Below, piece after piece: positions 1-9,913 of a stretch of 64,000 nucleotides of DNA (position 1 is its first letter; the number at the start of each line of letters is the position of its first letter). The notes beneath the pieces are model-generated. The model was not told where the DNA came from and made no database searches. It saw only the letters and a program-made list of their open reading frames with translations. Source of the DNA: Squalus acanthias (Eukaryota); assembly GCA_030390025.1 (NCBI GenBank), contig CM059429.1, positions 138,198,001 to 138,262,000 on the forward strand. Reading direction: 5' to 3'. The translations under genes and the position numbers were made by a program.

Positions 1-1052
1 TTGCATTCTGAGAGGGATGAAACTCTATTATGTCACCAGCTTCCTCTAGTGTGCCCGTCTCTCCATCGCCCACTTCCAGGTCCTCGCCACCTCTAACAAT
101 CTTGTATGCAGCCTCCTCAGCACTGGTCAATGTTGCTAGGGTAGGTGTTCCTCCTCCAGTCATTGCTCTCTCGCTCTTATTGTGGGCTATCTTTTCCTGC
201 AAGGAGGGACACAAGCGGTGTTTCAGCCACAGTGATGGAGTGAGGGTCAATAATCCCTACCATAGAAGCTTTGAGGGAGACGAAGATGGGGTAAGGTGCC
301 AAGAGGAAGCGAGCTCCCTGTGCGTTGTTAGTTGTTGTCACTGCATGACAGTGAGAGCGAGTCTAATGGGTGCATAGGCAGGATGCTGAAGTGATTCAGT
401 GCAGAGACAGAGATGGATAGGTAAGGGTGCAAGGGAAGTAAGGGTAAGGTGGGATGTGGAGGAGGAGGCTTACAACGCAGAGTGCTGGTGATGAGAAGAG
501 AAGGGAAGCAGATTGAAGGCAAGTGTGATGGGATACTCACTTTTGATGTTCGCACAAGATCATTAAACCTTTTTCGGCACTGGATCCATGAGCGTGCATA
601 TATGGACCTTGCACTAATCTCCTCAGCAATGCGCAGCCAGGTTGCCTTGGTCTACTGAGGAGGCTTCCTCCAGCCATCAGGAGGGAAGAGAATCTCCCTG
701 CGCCGTCTTACAACATCCACAAGAGCATGGAGGGACTCATCATTAAATCAAGGAGCTGCCTTGCCTCTGGAAGAAGTCGTTGTGGATGGATCAAGCTCAC
801 CTGAGTATCAGAATCCACAAGAGAAAGGCTTAGGCTGAATGGCAGCTTTTAAAACAGCTGCTTTGATGGCGTCATCAAAGGCGGCCAGCCGACCCGATCA
901 CACTCATTGGACCGGCCAGCGCGCCCCACTGAAATCAACAAGCTCATTAAATCAAAATCGGACATCAGCAGCTGATCCCGCCGGAAGCAGCTCCGGAACC
1001 CGCCCACCAGGCAACCCGATTGCAACCCGCCTCGGAAATAAAAATCGAGCCC
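1..1052 (-). mobile_element. PIF/Harbinger DNA transposon (element A), cut by window start; carries Myb/SANT gene
   Basis: Terminal AAAATCGAGCCC (1041-1052; rc GGGCTCGATTTT) matches the TIR consensus of the other Harbingers here. Internal Myb-like gene is homologous to those at 29.3 kb and 41.2 kb. Confidence 0.8.
37..780 (-). pseudogene. Harbinger Myb/SANT-like (NAIF1/MSANTD-type) gene, exons 1-2, decayed
   Basis: Exon 1 780-541 (240 nt): (M>T)TSSRGKAAP*FNDESLHALVD...WLRIAEEISARS...SWIQCRKRFNDL, followed by a GTGAGT donor. Intron 540-197. Exon 2 196-37 (EKIAHNKSERAMTGGG...) followed by a GTGACA donor. ATG changed to ACG, two stops. Confidence 0.8.
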
Positions 1053-2392
1053 TTGAAGTCTGAGAAAGGGGAATGGGAGACTGGCACTGAAAGGATGGTA
1101 GTGGGAGACACACTGGAGAATGGGAGACTAGTTCTGAAGAGTCAAGAACAAAAAGGAGAGCAGGTGTAGGCTAGGAGCAGATGAGTGCAGCGCCCCAGAG
1201 TGAGCTATGTGTCGTCCATGGCAATGAGTGACTGATGAGAACCCAACCCCCCCCACTCTCAACTCACAAACAGTGACTTTAAGTTCTTCTCTTGTTTGTT
1301 TGTTTGTTTGTATGTATGTATGTATGTATATAGGTACAAAAAACACAAGCATTCGATTTAGATACTTTGATTGCAATCCCATATTTCCACAATATGTTGA
1401 TCTGAAAAAAGTAAAATTCAGATGTAAGTAAAATTTTCTTTGGCAATTTTTAGAATGCAAAAAAAGAAAATGTAAAGCAATAATGACATTTCACAAAGAT
1501 GTGAGATGGGTCTGTGATTGCCAGCTATTCCTGGAACAGGGTGTGATGTACTGCCTTGCAAAGTGTTAAGATTAGATTTCCCTGCACAATCTTGTTATAC
1601 TGGCTGCACAGCAACTATAGTGAGATAGGAATCTGCTACTGTTTCATCGACTTTGCTTTTGTTGTTTTTCTTCAAATAAGGAAGCTTGTAAGAAACTCAA
1701 ACTATCCAACCAGCCTGCAAACAGCAGTCCATCTAAAGCATAATTAACACTAGTGAGCTAGAATTTTAACATGTTGATGCGTTTCAGAAAAGCATCCCCT
1801 ACTGGACCAGTGTGAATTTATTCATTTCTCAGAGCACCTACATTTGTGGCTTCTTTGAGTGAGATTGCCAATTTGGGTCTGTTTATGGATAGTTATGTGA
1901 TGTTGACTAATGCCAATGAGCAGCTGGGTGATATTGCCCCAACCTATTTCATAGAGGATTCTTCTAGCCAGCAGAGTGAGGAGACTTTCATCTTATTATT
2001 CTAGACTGGATTTGAACTCTGGGTTGTGCCAGTTACCTCTCCGTCCAGTTGCACTTTAAAGGATCCATGCAGGCATGTGTTGCATGCACGCACACGCACA
2101 CTTGAAAAAGTTACAAAAGCTAACTACTGATAGATTAGTGGAGAGCTGCCCACTGTTGGAACCCATAATAACTAGAGCAGCTCCTTTAACCCTCCCTCAA
2201 TGGTTCAGTTATACTGAGCCTGGATTATGGCGCTGAGCCTCAATGTAAGCAAATAAATAGAGTTGGCACTATATCCTCTTTTCAACATGAGTAGCAGGGA
2301 GCTATCGCCAGGGTTTGGCAGGGAATGATCTGCAGCCTGCAGACCTTGGCCTAATTTGCTTTACAGTTCTATGGTGCTGGTACTGTTGGTGA

Positions 2393-2870
2393 GGGTAAGC
2401 TGTGGCTCAGTGGGTAGCACTCTCGCCTCTGAGTCAGAAGGTTGGGGGTTCAAGTCCCACTCCAGGGACTTGAGCACATAAAGCTAGGCTGACACTCTCA
2501 GTGCAGTGCTGAGGGAGTGCTGCACTGTCGGAGGTGCCTGTCTTTCGGATGAAACATTAAACCGAAGCCCTGTCTGCTTTCTCAGGTGGACGTAAAAGAT
2601 CCCATGGCACTATTTCGAAGAAGAGCAGGGAGTTATCCCTGGTGTCCTGGCCAATATTTATCCCTCAATCAACAATACAAAAAACAGATTATCTGGTCAT
2701 TATCACATTGCTGTTTGTGAGAGCTTGCTGTGTGCAAATTGGCTGCCGCGTTTCCCACATTACAACAGTGACTACACTTCAAAAGTACTTTCATTGGCTG
2801 TAAAGCGCTTTGAGACGTCCGGTGGTTGTGAAAAGCGCTATATAAATGCAAGTCCTTCATTCTTTTTTCT
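2393..2870 (+). mobile_element. tRNA-derived DeuSINE (SacSINE1/AmnSINE1-like), near full length
   Basis: Pol III A box TGGCTCAGTGG and B box GGTTCAAGTCC; Deu core (gtcctggccaatatttatccctcaa...cagattatctggtcattatcacattgctg); L2-like tail (gcgctatataaatgcaagt). Several other copies in the window. Confidence 0.85.
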
Positions 2871-3395
2871 TTTAAGACCAGATTAAAGATAGTCTTTTCT
2901 CTATCATGATATGTTGTGGCTCCTTTCGGAGTTTATCAGCTGCCATATTGTCCTTAGCAGCACCAACTTAATAATTGTATTTTGCATGGCCTGCACTGAC
3001 AGAAAAGAAGTGATTTTTTTTGACAGATATATGTAAATTCTAAGTAAAAATTATTTCAGCCCTGCCTAAATAAGAATAGCTGTCAGATTCCCAGATCAAA
3101 ATGACACTTTATTTATTGTAGATTTTTTGCAGCTGCCTTCTGTTAGTCATCGTCTACCCTGCTGCTGCCAGATGTCCTGTAGGGCTGCCCATCACTGCTT
3201 GGCTTGTACAGGCTACTGTCAATTAATCTTATAAGGAAACCAGTCACATTTTTTGCTTGTGCTGTTAATGGTTTGTCCTGATTGTAAGGCCTAGTCACTG
3301 GTTTTGCATAGTATTGCTGCTGACTTGCCTTGTGTGTGGGAACCAGGTCACCATTTTACAAAAATCCTAATACTGTTGTATATTATATCACATAC

Positions 3396-3608
3396 TTTTT
3401 TTTAATCATTCATGGGATGTGGGCATCATTGGCAAGGCCAGCATTTATTACCCATCACTAATTGCCCTTGAGAAGGTGGTGGTGAGCTGCCTTCTTGAAC
3501 TGCTGCAGTCCGTGTGGTGAAGGTACTCCCACAATGCTGTTAGGTAGGGAGTTCCAGGATTTTGACCCAGGAACGATGATATATTTTCAAATCAGGATGG
3601 TGTGTGAT
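3396..3608 (-). mobile_element. 3' fragment of the poly(A)-tailed CR1-group LINE family also at 29.7, 52.5 and 58.3 kb
   Basis: Poly(T) then tgggatgtgggc...gccagcatttatt..ccatc.ctaattgcccttgagaaggtgg, the same motif as the other copies. Confidence 0.8.
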
Positions 3609-4140
3609 GATGCTTGTTGCTTGTTCTGTGTGTATGACCAATTGTTGTTTCTCTTGTACCATATGCTGTTACCTATTCTGAATGCTCCACCATATGCTGG
3701 TCCCATGTTTATGGATTAGTCACTGTGTTTTTTGCATCATATTCTTTTGGGGCTGTTTGCTAATCTTAGCTTGGAAAAAAAAAGTCAGCATGAGTATAAA
3801 GTGGCGAAGCCAAATGTTTAGTTGTGCTGCTTGTTTTCTAATGGGAGCGGGTGGAAGAAAATACACCTGTAGGCGGCATAACAGCATGCAGCAGCCTGCA
3901 GCAACTATAGGAAAAACAGATGTCCCATAATTTTGATTCTCGTGGTTGTTGGGAGCAGAAAAACATTTGGAAATTTGTCCTCTGCTGCTGATAGTGTTTA
4001 AATACAAGGGACAGAGTTACTCTGAGATCCCCCTTAGAGAGCGAGCCACAAGCAAGAGAAATGGTCAGTGGACTTCTTGTTTGGTACAGAATATTGAACT
4101 CCTGGCATAAATATGGAGGTCTGGCTTAATCACTAGCTAT

Positions 4141-5026
4141 GAATACTGTTCTCTGCAGCCGCGAGAGTCCCGAAGGCTGTGTTGCGTGCCCGGTGCCAGG
4201 GTTAAGGATATCTCCTCGCGGCTGGAGAAGAACTTGGAGTGGGAGGGGGAGGATCTAGTAGTCGTGGTCCATGTAGGAACCAACAACCTAGGTAGAACTA
4301 AGAATGAGGTTCTGCTGAGGGAGTTTGAGGAGCTAGGATCTAAATTAATAAGTAGAACCACAAGGGTAACAATCTCTGGATTACTACCTGAGCTACGCGC
4401 AAATTGGCATAGGGTCAAGTAGGTCAGAGAGTTAAATGCGTGGCTCAAAGAATGGTGTGGGAAAATGGGGTTTCAATTCATGGGGCTCTGGCACCAGTAC
4501 TGTGGAAAGAGGGAGCTGTTCCATCGGGACGGGCTCCACTTAAACCGGGCTGGGACCAGCGTCCTGGCGAATTGAATAACTAGAGCTGTAGATAGGGCTT
4601 TAAACTAAAAAAAGGGGGGGAGGGGTCAGGCGAGGGGAAATTTAGAAATGAAGCGAAAGGTCAAGGCAATAAAGCAGTGTAGCGATTTGGGTAAAAATAA
4701 GCAGAGTGTGACAGGAAGGGACAGAGAGTTTAATGGTAGTAGTGCAGCAGAGAATAAGGTCAAAGCAGGGAATAATGGTAAAAAAATTAAATTAAAGGCT
4801 CTCTATCTGAATGCACGAGGCATTTGTAACCAGACAGATGAACTAGTGGCACAAATAGAGATAAATGGGTTTGATCTAATAGCCATTACAGAGACATAGG
4901 TGCAAGGTGTCCAAGGTTGGGAACTAAATGTTCCAGGGTACTTGACGTTTCGAAAAGACAGGCAGAATGGAAAAGGAGGGGGAGTAGCCCTGATAATAAA
5001 GGATGACATAAGGACAGTAGCGAGAA
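4141..5026 (+). mobile_element. Older 5'-truncated CR1 LINE, left part (ORF1 esterase end and start of ORF2 endonuclease)
   Basis: PGARVKDI...HVGTNN esterase segment and LYLNARGI...IAITET endonuclease segment, with stops. Continues in register at 9914. Confidence 0.9.
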
Positions 5027-5265
5027 CATAAGAACATAAGAACATAAGAAATAGGAGCAGGAGTAGGCCAATCGGCCCCTCGAGCCTGCTCCGCCATTCA
5101 ATAAGATCATGGCTGATCTGATCCTAACCGCCAATCTACTATCTATCACAGAACCATCTCCTGCATCTAACAGAATTGCACACACGAAATAGGAGCAGAA
5201 TCAGGCTACACAGTCCCTGGGCCCGCTCCACTACCCACAGGGCCATGACCGATCCGAACCTAGAC

Positions 5266-8217
5266 TCATGTCCAAATTCCTGCCCGCTCCCCGTAACCCT
5301 TAATGCCCTTTACTTCTAGGAAACTGTCTATTTCTGTTTTAAATTTAATTAATGTTGTAGCTTCTACAGCTTTTTGTGGCAGCATATTCCATGGACCTAC
5401 CACCCTCTGAGTGAAGTAGTTCCTCCTCATCTCAGTTTTGAAAGAGCAGCCCCTTATTCTAAGACTATGTCCCCTAGTTCTCGTCTCACCCGTCATCGGG
5501 AACATCCTCCCCGCATCCACCCGATCCAACCCCTTCACAATCTTATATGTTTCAATAAGATCGCCTCTCATTCTTCTGAACTCCAATGAGTAGAGTCCCA
5601 ATCTACCCAACCTCTCCTCATATGACCACCCCCTCATCCCCGGGATTAACCGAGTGAACCTTTTTTGCACTGCCTCGAGAGCAAGGATGTCTTTCCTTAA
5701 GTAAGGACACCAAAACTGTATGCAGTATTCCAGGTGCGGTCTCACCAATACCTTGTACAACTGAAGCAATACCTCCCTATTTTTATATTCTATCCCCCTA
5801 GCAATGAAAGCCAACATTCCATTTGCCTTCTTAATCACTTGCTGCACCTGCATACTAACCTTTTGAGTTTCGTGCACCAGGACCCCCAGATCCCTTTGCA
5901 CTTCAGTACTCTCCAGTTTCTTGCCATTAAGATAATAAATTGCTCTAGGATTTTTCCTGCCAAAGTGCATCACCTCACACTTTCCAGTGTTGTATTCCAT
6001 CTGCCAAATCTCTGCCCACTTACTTAGCCTGTCTATGTCCCCTTGCAGGTTTTTTATGTCCTCCTCACTCACTACTTTCCCTCCCATCTTTGTATCATCT
6101 GCAAATTTTGATATGTTACACTTGGTCCCTTCCTCCAAATCGTTAATATAGATTGTGAAGAGTTGGGGACCCAGCACTGACCCCTGTGGAACACCACTAG
6201 TTACTGATTGCCAGTCTGAGAATGAACCATTTATCCCAACTCTTTGCTTTCTGTTAGATAGCCAATCCTCTATCCATGCCAGAATATTACCCCCAATCCC
6301 GTGATTTTTTACCTTAAGCAATAATCTTTTGTGTGGCACCTTGTCAAATGCCTTTTGGAAGTCTAAATACACTACGTCCACTGGTTCCCCTTTATCCACT
6401 CTATATGTTACTTCCTCAAAGAACTCCAGCAAATTTGTCAAACATGACTTCCCCTTCGTAAAACCATGCTGACTTTGTCCTATTAAATTATGATTATCCA
6501 AATGTCCTGTTACTGTTTCCTTAATAATGGACTCCAAAATGTTACCTACCACAGATGTTAGGCTAACCGGTCTATAGTTACCAGCCTTCTGTCTACTGCC
6601 CTTTTTAAATAAGGGTGTTACATTAGCAGTTTTCCAGTCTGCCGGGACCTTAGCGGAATCCAGGGAGTTTTGAAAAATTATTACCAATGCATCTACAATC
6701 CCTACCGCCACTTCCTTCAAGACTCTAGGATGTAAGCCATCAGGTCCAGGTGATTTATCCACCTTGAGTCCCATTATTTTACCGAGTACCACTTCCTTAG
6801 TGATTTTGATCGTGTTTAGCTCCTCTCCCCCTATAGCCCCCTGTTTGTCCAGTGTTGGGATATTCTTAGTGTCCTCTACTGTAAAGACTGATACAAAATA
6901 TTCATTCAGTGTTTTTGCCATCTCCATATTTCCCACCATTAATTTCCCGGTCTCATCCTCTAAGGGACCAACATTTACTTTAGCCACCCTTTTTCTTTTT
7001 ATATAACTATAAAAACTCTTACTATCTGTTTTTATATTTTTTGCTAATTTACTTTCATAATCTATCTTCCCTTTCTTAATCAATCTTTTTGTTATTTTTT
7101 GCTGCCTTTTAAAGTTTTCCCAATCCTCTGTCCTCCCACTAGATTTCGCTACCTTATATGCCCTTGTTTTTAGTCGAATACTATCCTTAATTTCTTTACT
7201 TAGCCACGGATGACTGTCCTTTCTTTTACACCCTTTTCTTTTCAGTGGAATATATTTTTTTTGGAAGTTGTAAAATAACTCCTTGAATGTACACCACTGA
7301 TCATGTGTCGTCTTACCCTTTAATCTATTTTCCCAATCCACTCTACTCAATTCCGCTCGCATACCTTCATAGTCTCCTTTATTCAAGCTTAGCACGCTTG
7401 TTTGAGATCCAACCTTCTCACCCTCTAATTGAATATGGAATTCAACCATGTTATGGTCACTCATTCCAAGGGGATCCTTTACTAGGACATTTTTAATTAA
7501 TCCTGTCTCGTTACACAGGACCAGATCTAAGGTTGCTTGCCCCCTGGTCGGTTCAGTTACATACTGCTCAAGAAACCCATCCCTAATACACTCAATGAAC
7601 TCATCCTCAAGGCAGCCCTGCCCCATTTGATTTGTCCAATTAATATGATAGTTAAAATCCCCCATAATTATAGATGTTCCCTTATTACATGCCTCAACTA
7701 TTTCCTGATTGATACTCCGTCCAATAGAGTTGCAACTGTTCGGAGGCCTATAGACTACGCCCACTAATGTTTTTTTCCCCTTATTATTCCTTATCTCCAC
7801 CCAAACTGTTTCATTATCATGATTTTTTGACCCAATATCATTACTCTGTATTACAGTGATTCCTTCCTTTATTAACATAGCCACCCCACCTCCCCTTCCT
7901 TCCTGCCTGTCCTTCCTGATCGTTAAATAACCTGGTATGTTTAATTCCCAGGCATTGTCACCCTGCAGCCATGTTTCTGTAATGGCCACAATATCATAAC
8001 CATATGTAGTTATTTGTGCCATTAACTCGTCTATTTTGTTACGAATGCTACGTGCATTCAGATAGAGAACTTTCAAATATGCTTTGTGGCACTTAGTTCC
8101 TGCTTTTTCACTTTTTACCAGTTTACCTTTTACTCCACACACTCTGTCCCTTCCTGCCACGCTCTGATTTGTGATTCCCCTACTGCTACCTATGTCTATG
8201 ACCCTCTCTGTTGTCAT
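5266..8217 (-). CDS. CR1 ORF2: AP endonuclease + reverse transcriptase, 983 aa, uninterrupted
   Basis: APE motifs YLNARSI, ITETWL, VYRPP, GDFN, LDLVL, SDH. RT motifs NYRPVSLTS, YLDFQKAFDKVPH, GVPQGSVLGP, FADD. Confidence 0.97.
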   Translation of the reverse strand: MTTERVIDIGSSRGITNQSVAGRDRVCGVKGKLVKSEKAGTKCHKAYLKVLYLNARSIRNKIDELMAQITTYGYDIVAITETWLQGDNAWELNIPGYLTIRKDRQEGRGGGVAMLIKEGITVIQSNDIGSKNHDNETVWVEIRNNKGKKTLVGVVYRPPNSCNSIGRSINQEIVEACNKGTSIIMGDFNYHINWTNQMGQGCLEDEFIECIRDGFLEQYVTEPTRGQATLDLVLCNETGLIKNVLVKDPLGMSDHNMVEFHIQLEGEKVGSQTSVLSLNKGDYEGMRAELSRVDWENRLKGKTTHDQWCTFKELFYNFQKKYIPLKRKGCKRKDSHPWLSKEIKDSIRLKTRAYKVAKSSGRTEDWENFKRQQKITKRLIKKGKIDYESKLAKNIKTDSKSFYSYIKRKRVAKVNVGPLEDETGKLMVGNMEMAKTLNEYFVSVFTVEDTKNIPTLDKQGAIGGEELNTIKITKEVVLGKIMGLKVDKSPGPDGLHPRVLKEVAVGIVDALVIIFQNSLDSAKVPADWKTANVTPLFKKGSRQKAGNYRPVSLTSVVGNILESIIKETVTGHLDNHNLIGQSQHGFTKGKSCLTNLLEFFEEVTYRVDKGEPVDVVYLDFQKAFDKVPHKRLLLKVKNHGIGGNILAWIEDWLSNRKQRVGINGSFSDWQSVTSGVPQGSVLGPQLFTIYINDLEEGTKCNISKFADDTKMGGKVVSEEDIKNLQGDIDRLSKWAEIWQMEYNTGKCEVMHFGRKNPRAIYYLNGKKLESTEVQRDLGVLVHETQKVSMQVQQVIKKANGMLAFIARGIEYKNREVLLQLYKVLVRPHLEYCIQFWCPYLRKDILALEAVQKRFTRLIPGMRGWSYEERLGRLGLYSLEFRRMRGDLIETYKIVKGLDRVDAGRMFPMTGETRTRGHSLRIRGCSFKTEMRRNYFTQRVVGPWNMLPQKAVEATTLIKFKTEIDSFLEVKGIKGYGERAGIWT

Positions 8218-8255
8218 TTTTATTTTTTGCTCTCTTGAAACCTCCCCCCCACTAA

Positions 8256-9212
8256 TTAGTTTAAAGCCCTCTCCACAGCCCTAGTTATTCGATTCGCCAG
8301 GACACTAGTCCCAGCACTGGCCAAGTGAAGTCCGTCCCAACGGAACAGCTCTCTCCTGCCCCAGTACTGGTGCCAGTGTCCCAAGAAGCAAAACCCATTT
8401 TTCCCACACCAGTCTTTGAGCCACGCATTCAACTCCCTGATTTTATTTACCCTAGCCAAATTTGCTCGTGGCTCAGGTAGTAATCCAGAGATTATTACCC
8501 TCGAGGTTCTGCTTTTTAATTTGGCCCCTAGCTGCTCAAACTCCCTCAGCAGAACCTCTTTCCTTGTCCTATCTATGTCATTGGTACCAACATGGACCAC
8601 GACAACTGGATCCTCCCCCTCCCACTCCAAGTTTCTCTCCAGCCCAGAGGAGATGTCCTTAACCCTGGCACCGGGCAGGCAACACAGCCTTCGGGACTCT
8701 CGCTCTTGGCTGCAAAGAACCCTATCTATCCCCCTAATGATACTATCCCCTACCACTACAACATTTCTTTTTACTCCCCCCACTTGAATGGCCCCCCTTA
8801 CCACGGTGCTGTGGCCAGGTTGCTCATCCTCCTTGCAGTCCCCGCTCCTATCCACACAGGGAGTAAGAGCCTCGAACCTGTTGGACAAGAGCAAGGGCTG
8901 CGGCTCCTCCAACACTACCTCCTGGATCCCTGTACCTGCCTCACTCGTAGTCACACCTTCCTGTCCCTGACCACGGGCTACTTCTGAATTAGTTACTCTA
9001 ATTGGTGTGACTACCTCCTGAAACACGGAGTCCAGGTAACTCTCCCCCTCCCTGATGTGTCGCAGTGTTTGAAGCTCGGACTCCAGCTCATCAACACGGA
9101 GCCGGAGTTCCTCGAGCAGCCAACACTTACTGCAAATGTGTTCACCGTGAACATCAATGGTGTCCACCAGCTCCCACATATTGCAGCAGTAACACATCAC
9201 CTGCTCTCCCAT
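8256..9212 (-). CDS. CR1 ORF1: N-terminal Cys/His zinc finger, coiled coil, SGNH/GDSL esterase, 318 aa, uninterrupted
   Basis: CYCC..W...HICSKC, heptad LEELRLRVDELESELQTL, esterase blocks VVGDSII, HVGTND, DGLH. Confidence 0.93.
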   Translation of the reverse strand: MGEQVMCYCCNMWELVDTIDVHGEHICSKCWLLEELRLRVDELESELQTLRHIREGESYLDSVFQEVVTPIRVTNSEVARGQGQEGVTTSEAGTGIQEVVLEEPQPLLLSNRFEALTPCVDRSGDCKEDEQPGHSTVVRGAIQVGGVKRNVVVVGDSIIRGIDRVLCSQERESRRLCCLPGARVKDISSGLERNLEWEGEDPVVVVHVGTNDIDRTRKEVLLREFEQLGAKLKSRTSRVIISGLLPEPRANLARVNKIRELNAWLKDWCGKNGFCFLGHWHQYWGRRELFRWDGLHLASAGTSVLANRITRAVERALN

Positions 9213-9335
9213 TCTATGTAATTAATTAAAAATGTATTATTTACCCTTCAGTTAATTTATGCCAGCAGTCTCTGCTACACCACAGATACCCGAGAAACAA
9301 TAAAATTGAAGTTTTGTATAAAAAAAAAGAGAAAT

Positions 9336-9376
9336 ACTCACCAACCAATCACTTACCTGCTTTCTGGTGACGTCAC
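9336..9376 (-). promoter_or_regulatory. CR1 5'UTR promoter/splice module: CRE, CCAAT box, two splice donors
   Basis: Palindromic GTGACGTCAC 9367-9376; CAG|GTAAGT (9359-9351); CCAAT 9345-9349; TTG|GTGAGT (9344-9336). Confidence 0.5.
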
Positions 9377-9421
9377 ACTTCGATTATTTTTTACCTCTCT
9401 CCTGCTCTCGGCTTGGTGAAA

Positions 9422-9913
9422 GCCTACCTGGTCGCTGCCGCCTTTTACCGCCGCCGCCTCGCCGCTGTTGCTCCACCCAGGTCCGCCGCCTCTGTGGGCC
9501 TACCTGGTCGCTGCCGCCTTTTACCGCCGCCGCCTCGCCGCTGTTGCTCCACCCAGGTCCGCCGCCTCTGTGGGCCTACCTGGTCGCTGCCGCCTCGCCG
9601 CTGTTGCTCCACCCAGGTCCGCCGCCTCTGTGGGCCTACCTGGTCGCTGCCGCCTTTTACCGCCGCCGCCTCGCCGCTGTTGCTCCACCCAGGTCCGCCG
9701 CCTCTGTGGGCCTACCTGGTCGCTGCCGCCTTTTACCGCCGCCGCCTCGCCGCTGTTGCTCCACCCAGGTCCGCCGCCTCTGTGGGCCTACCTGGTCGCT
9801 GCCGCCTCGCCGCTGTTGCTCCACCCAGGTCCGCCGCCTCTGTGGGCCTACCTGGTCGCTGCCGCCTTTTACCGCCGCCGCCTCGCCGCTGTTGCTCCAC
9901 CCAGGTCCGCCGC
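9422..9913 (-). repeat. GC-rich tandem 5' monomers of the CR1 (76/76/60 bp higher-order pattern)
   Basis: Units start at 9422, 9498, 9574, 9634, 9710, 9786, 9846, giving lengths 76,76,60,76,76,60 and a truncated last unit. Units look identical apart from a 16-bp deletion in the short form. Confidence 0.95.

Larger units (their letters stand above)
5027..9913 (-). mobile_element. Full-length young CR1 LINE nested in the older CR1
   Basis: TSD CGAGAA at 5021-5026 and 9914-9919 (removing the insert restores host IRTVARKDLGSEDQEVESVWVEI). 3' (TTCTTATG)n tail, open ORF1 and ORF2, 5' tandem monomers. Confidence 0.95.

Noticed and set aside
2371-2400. ATG-VLVLLVR-gtaag as IGSF3 signal-peptide exon
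   Set aside because: Too short, phase 0 rather than phase 1, and the apparent donor is the 5' end of a DeuSINE.
2400-2465. tRNA gene
   Set aside because: The A and B boxes belong to the SINE head and run directly into the Deu domain.
5186-5268. A-to-I hyper-editing signature in the inner CR1 tail
   Set aside because: Differences from the outer tail include transitions in both directions, with no clear A>G bias.
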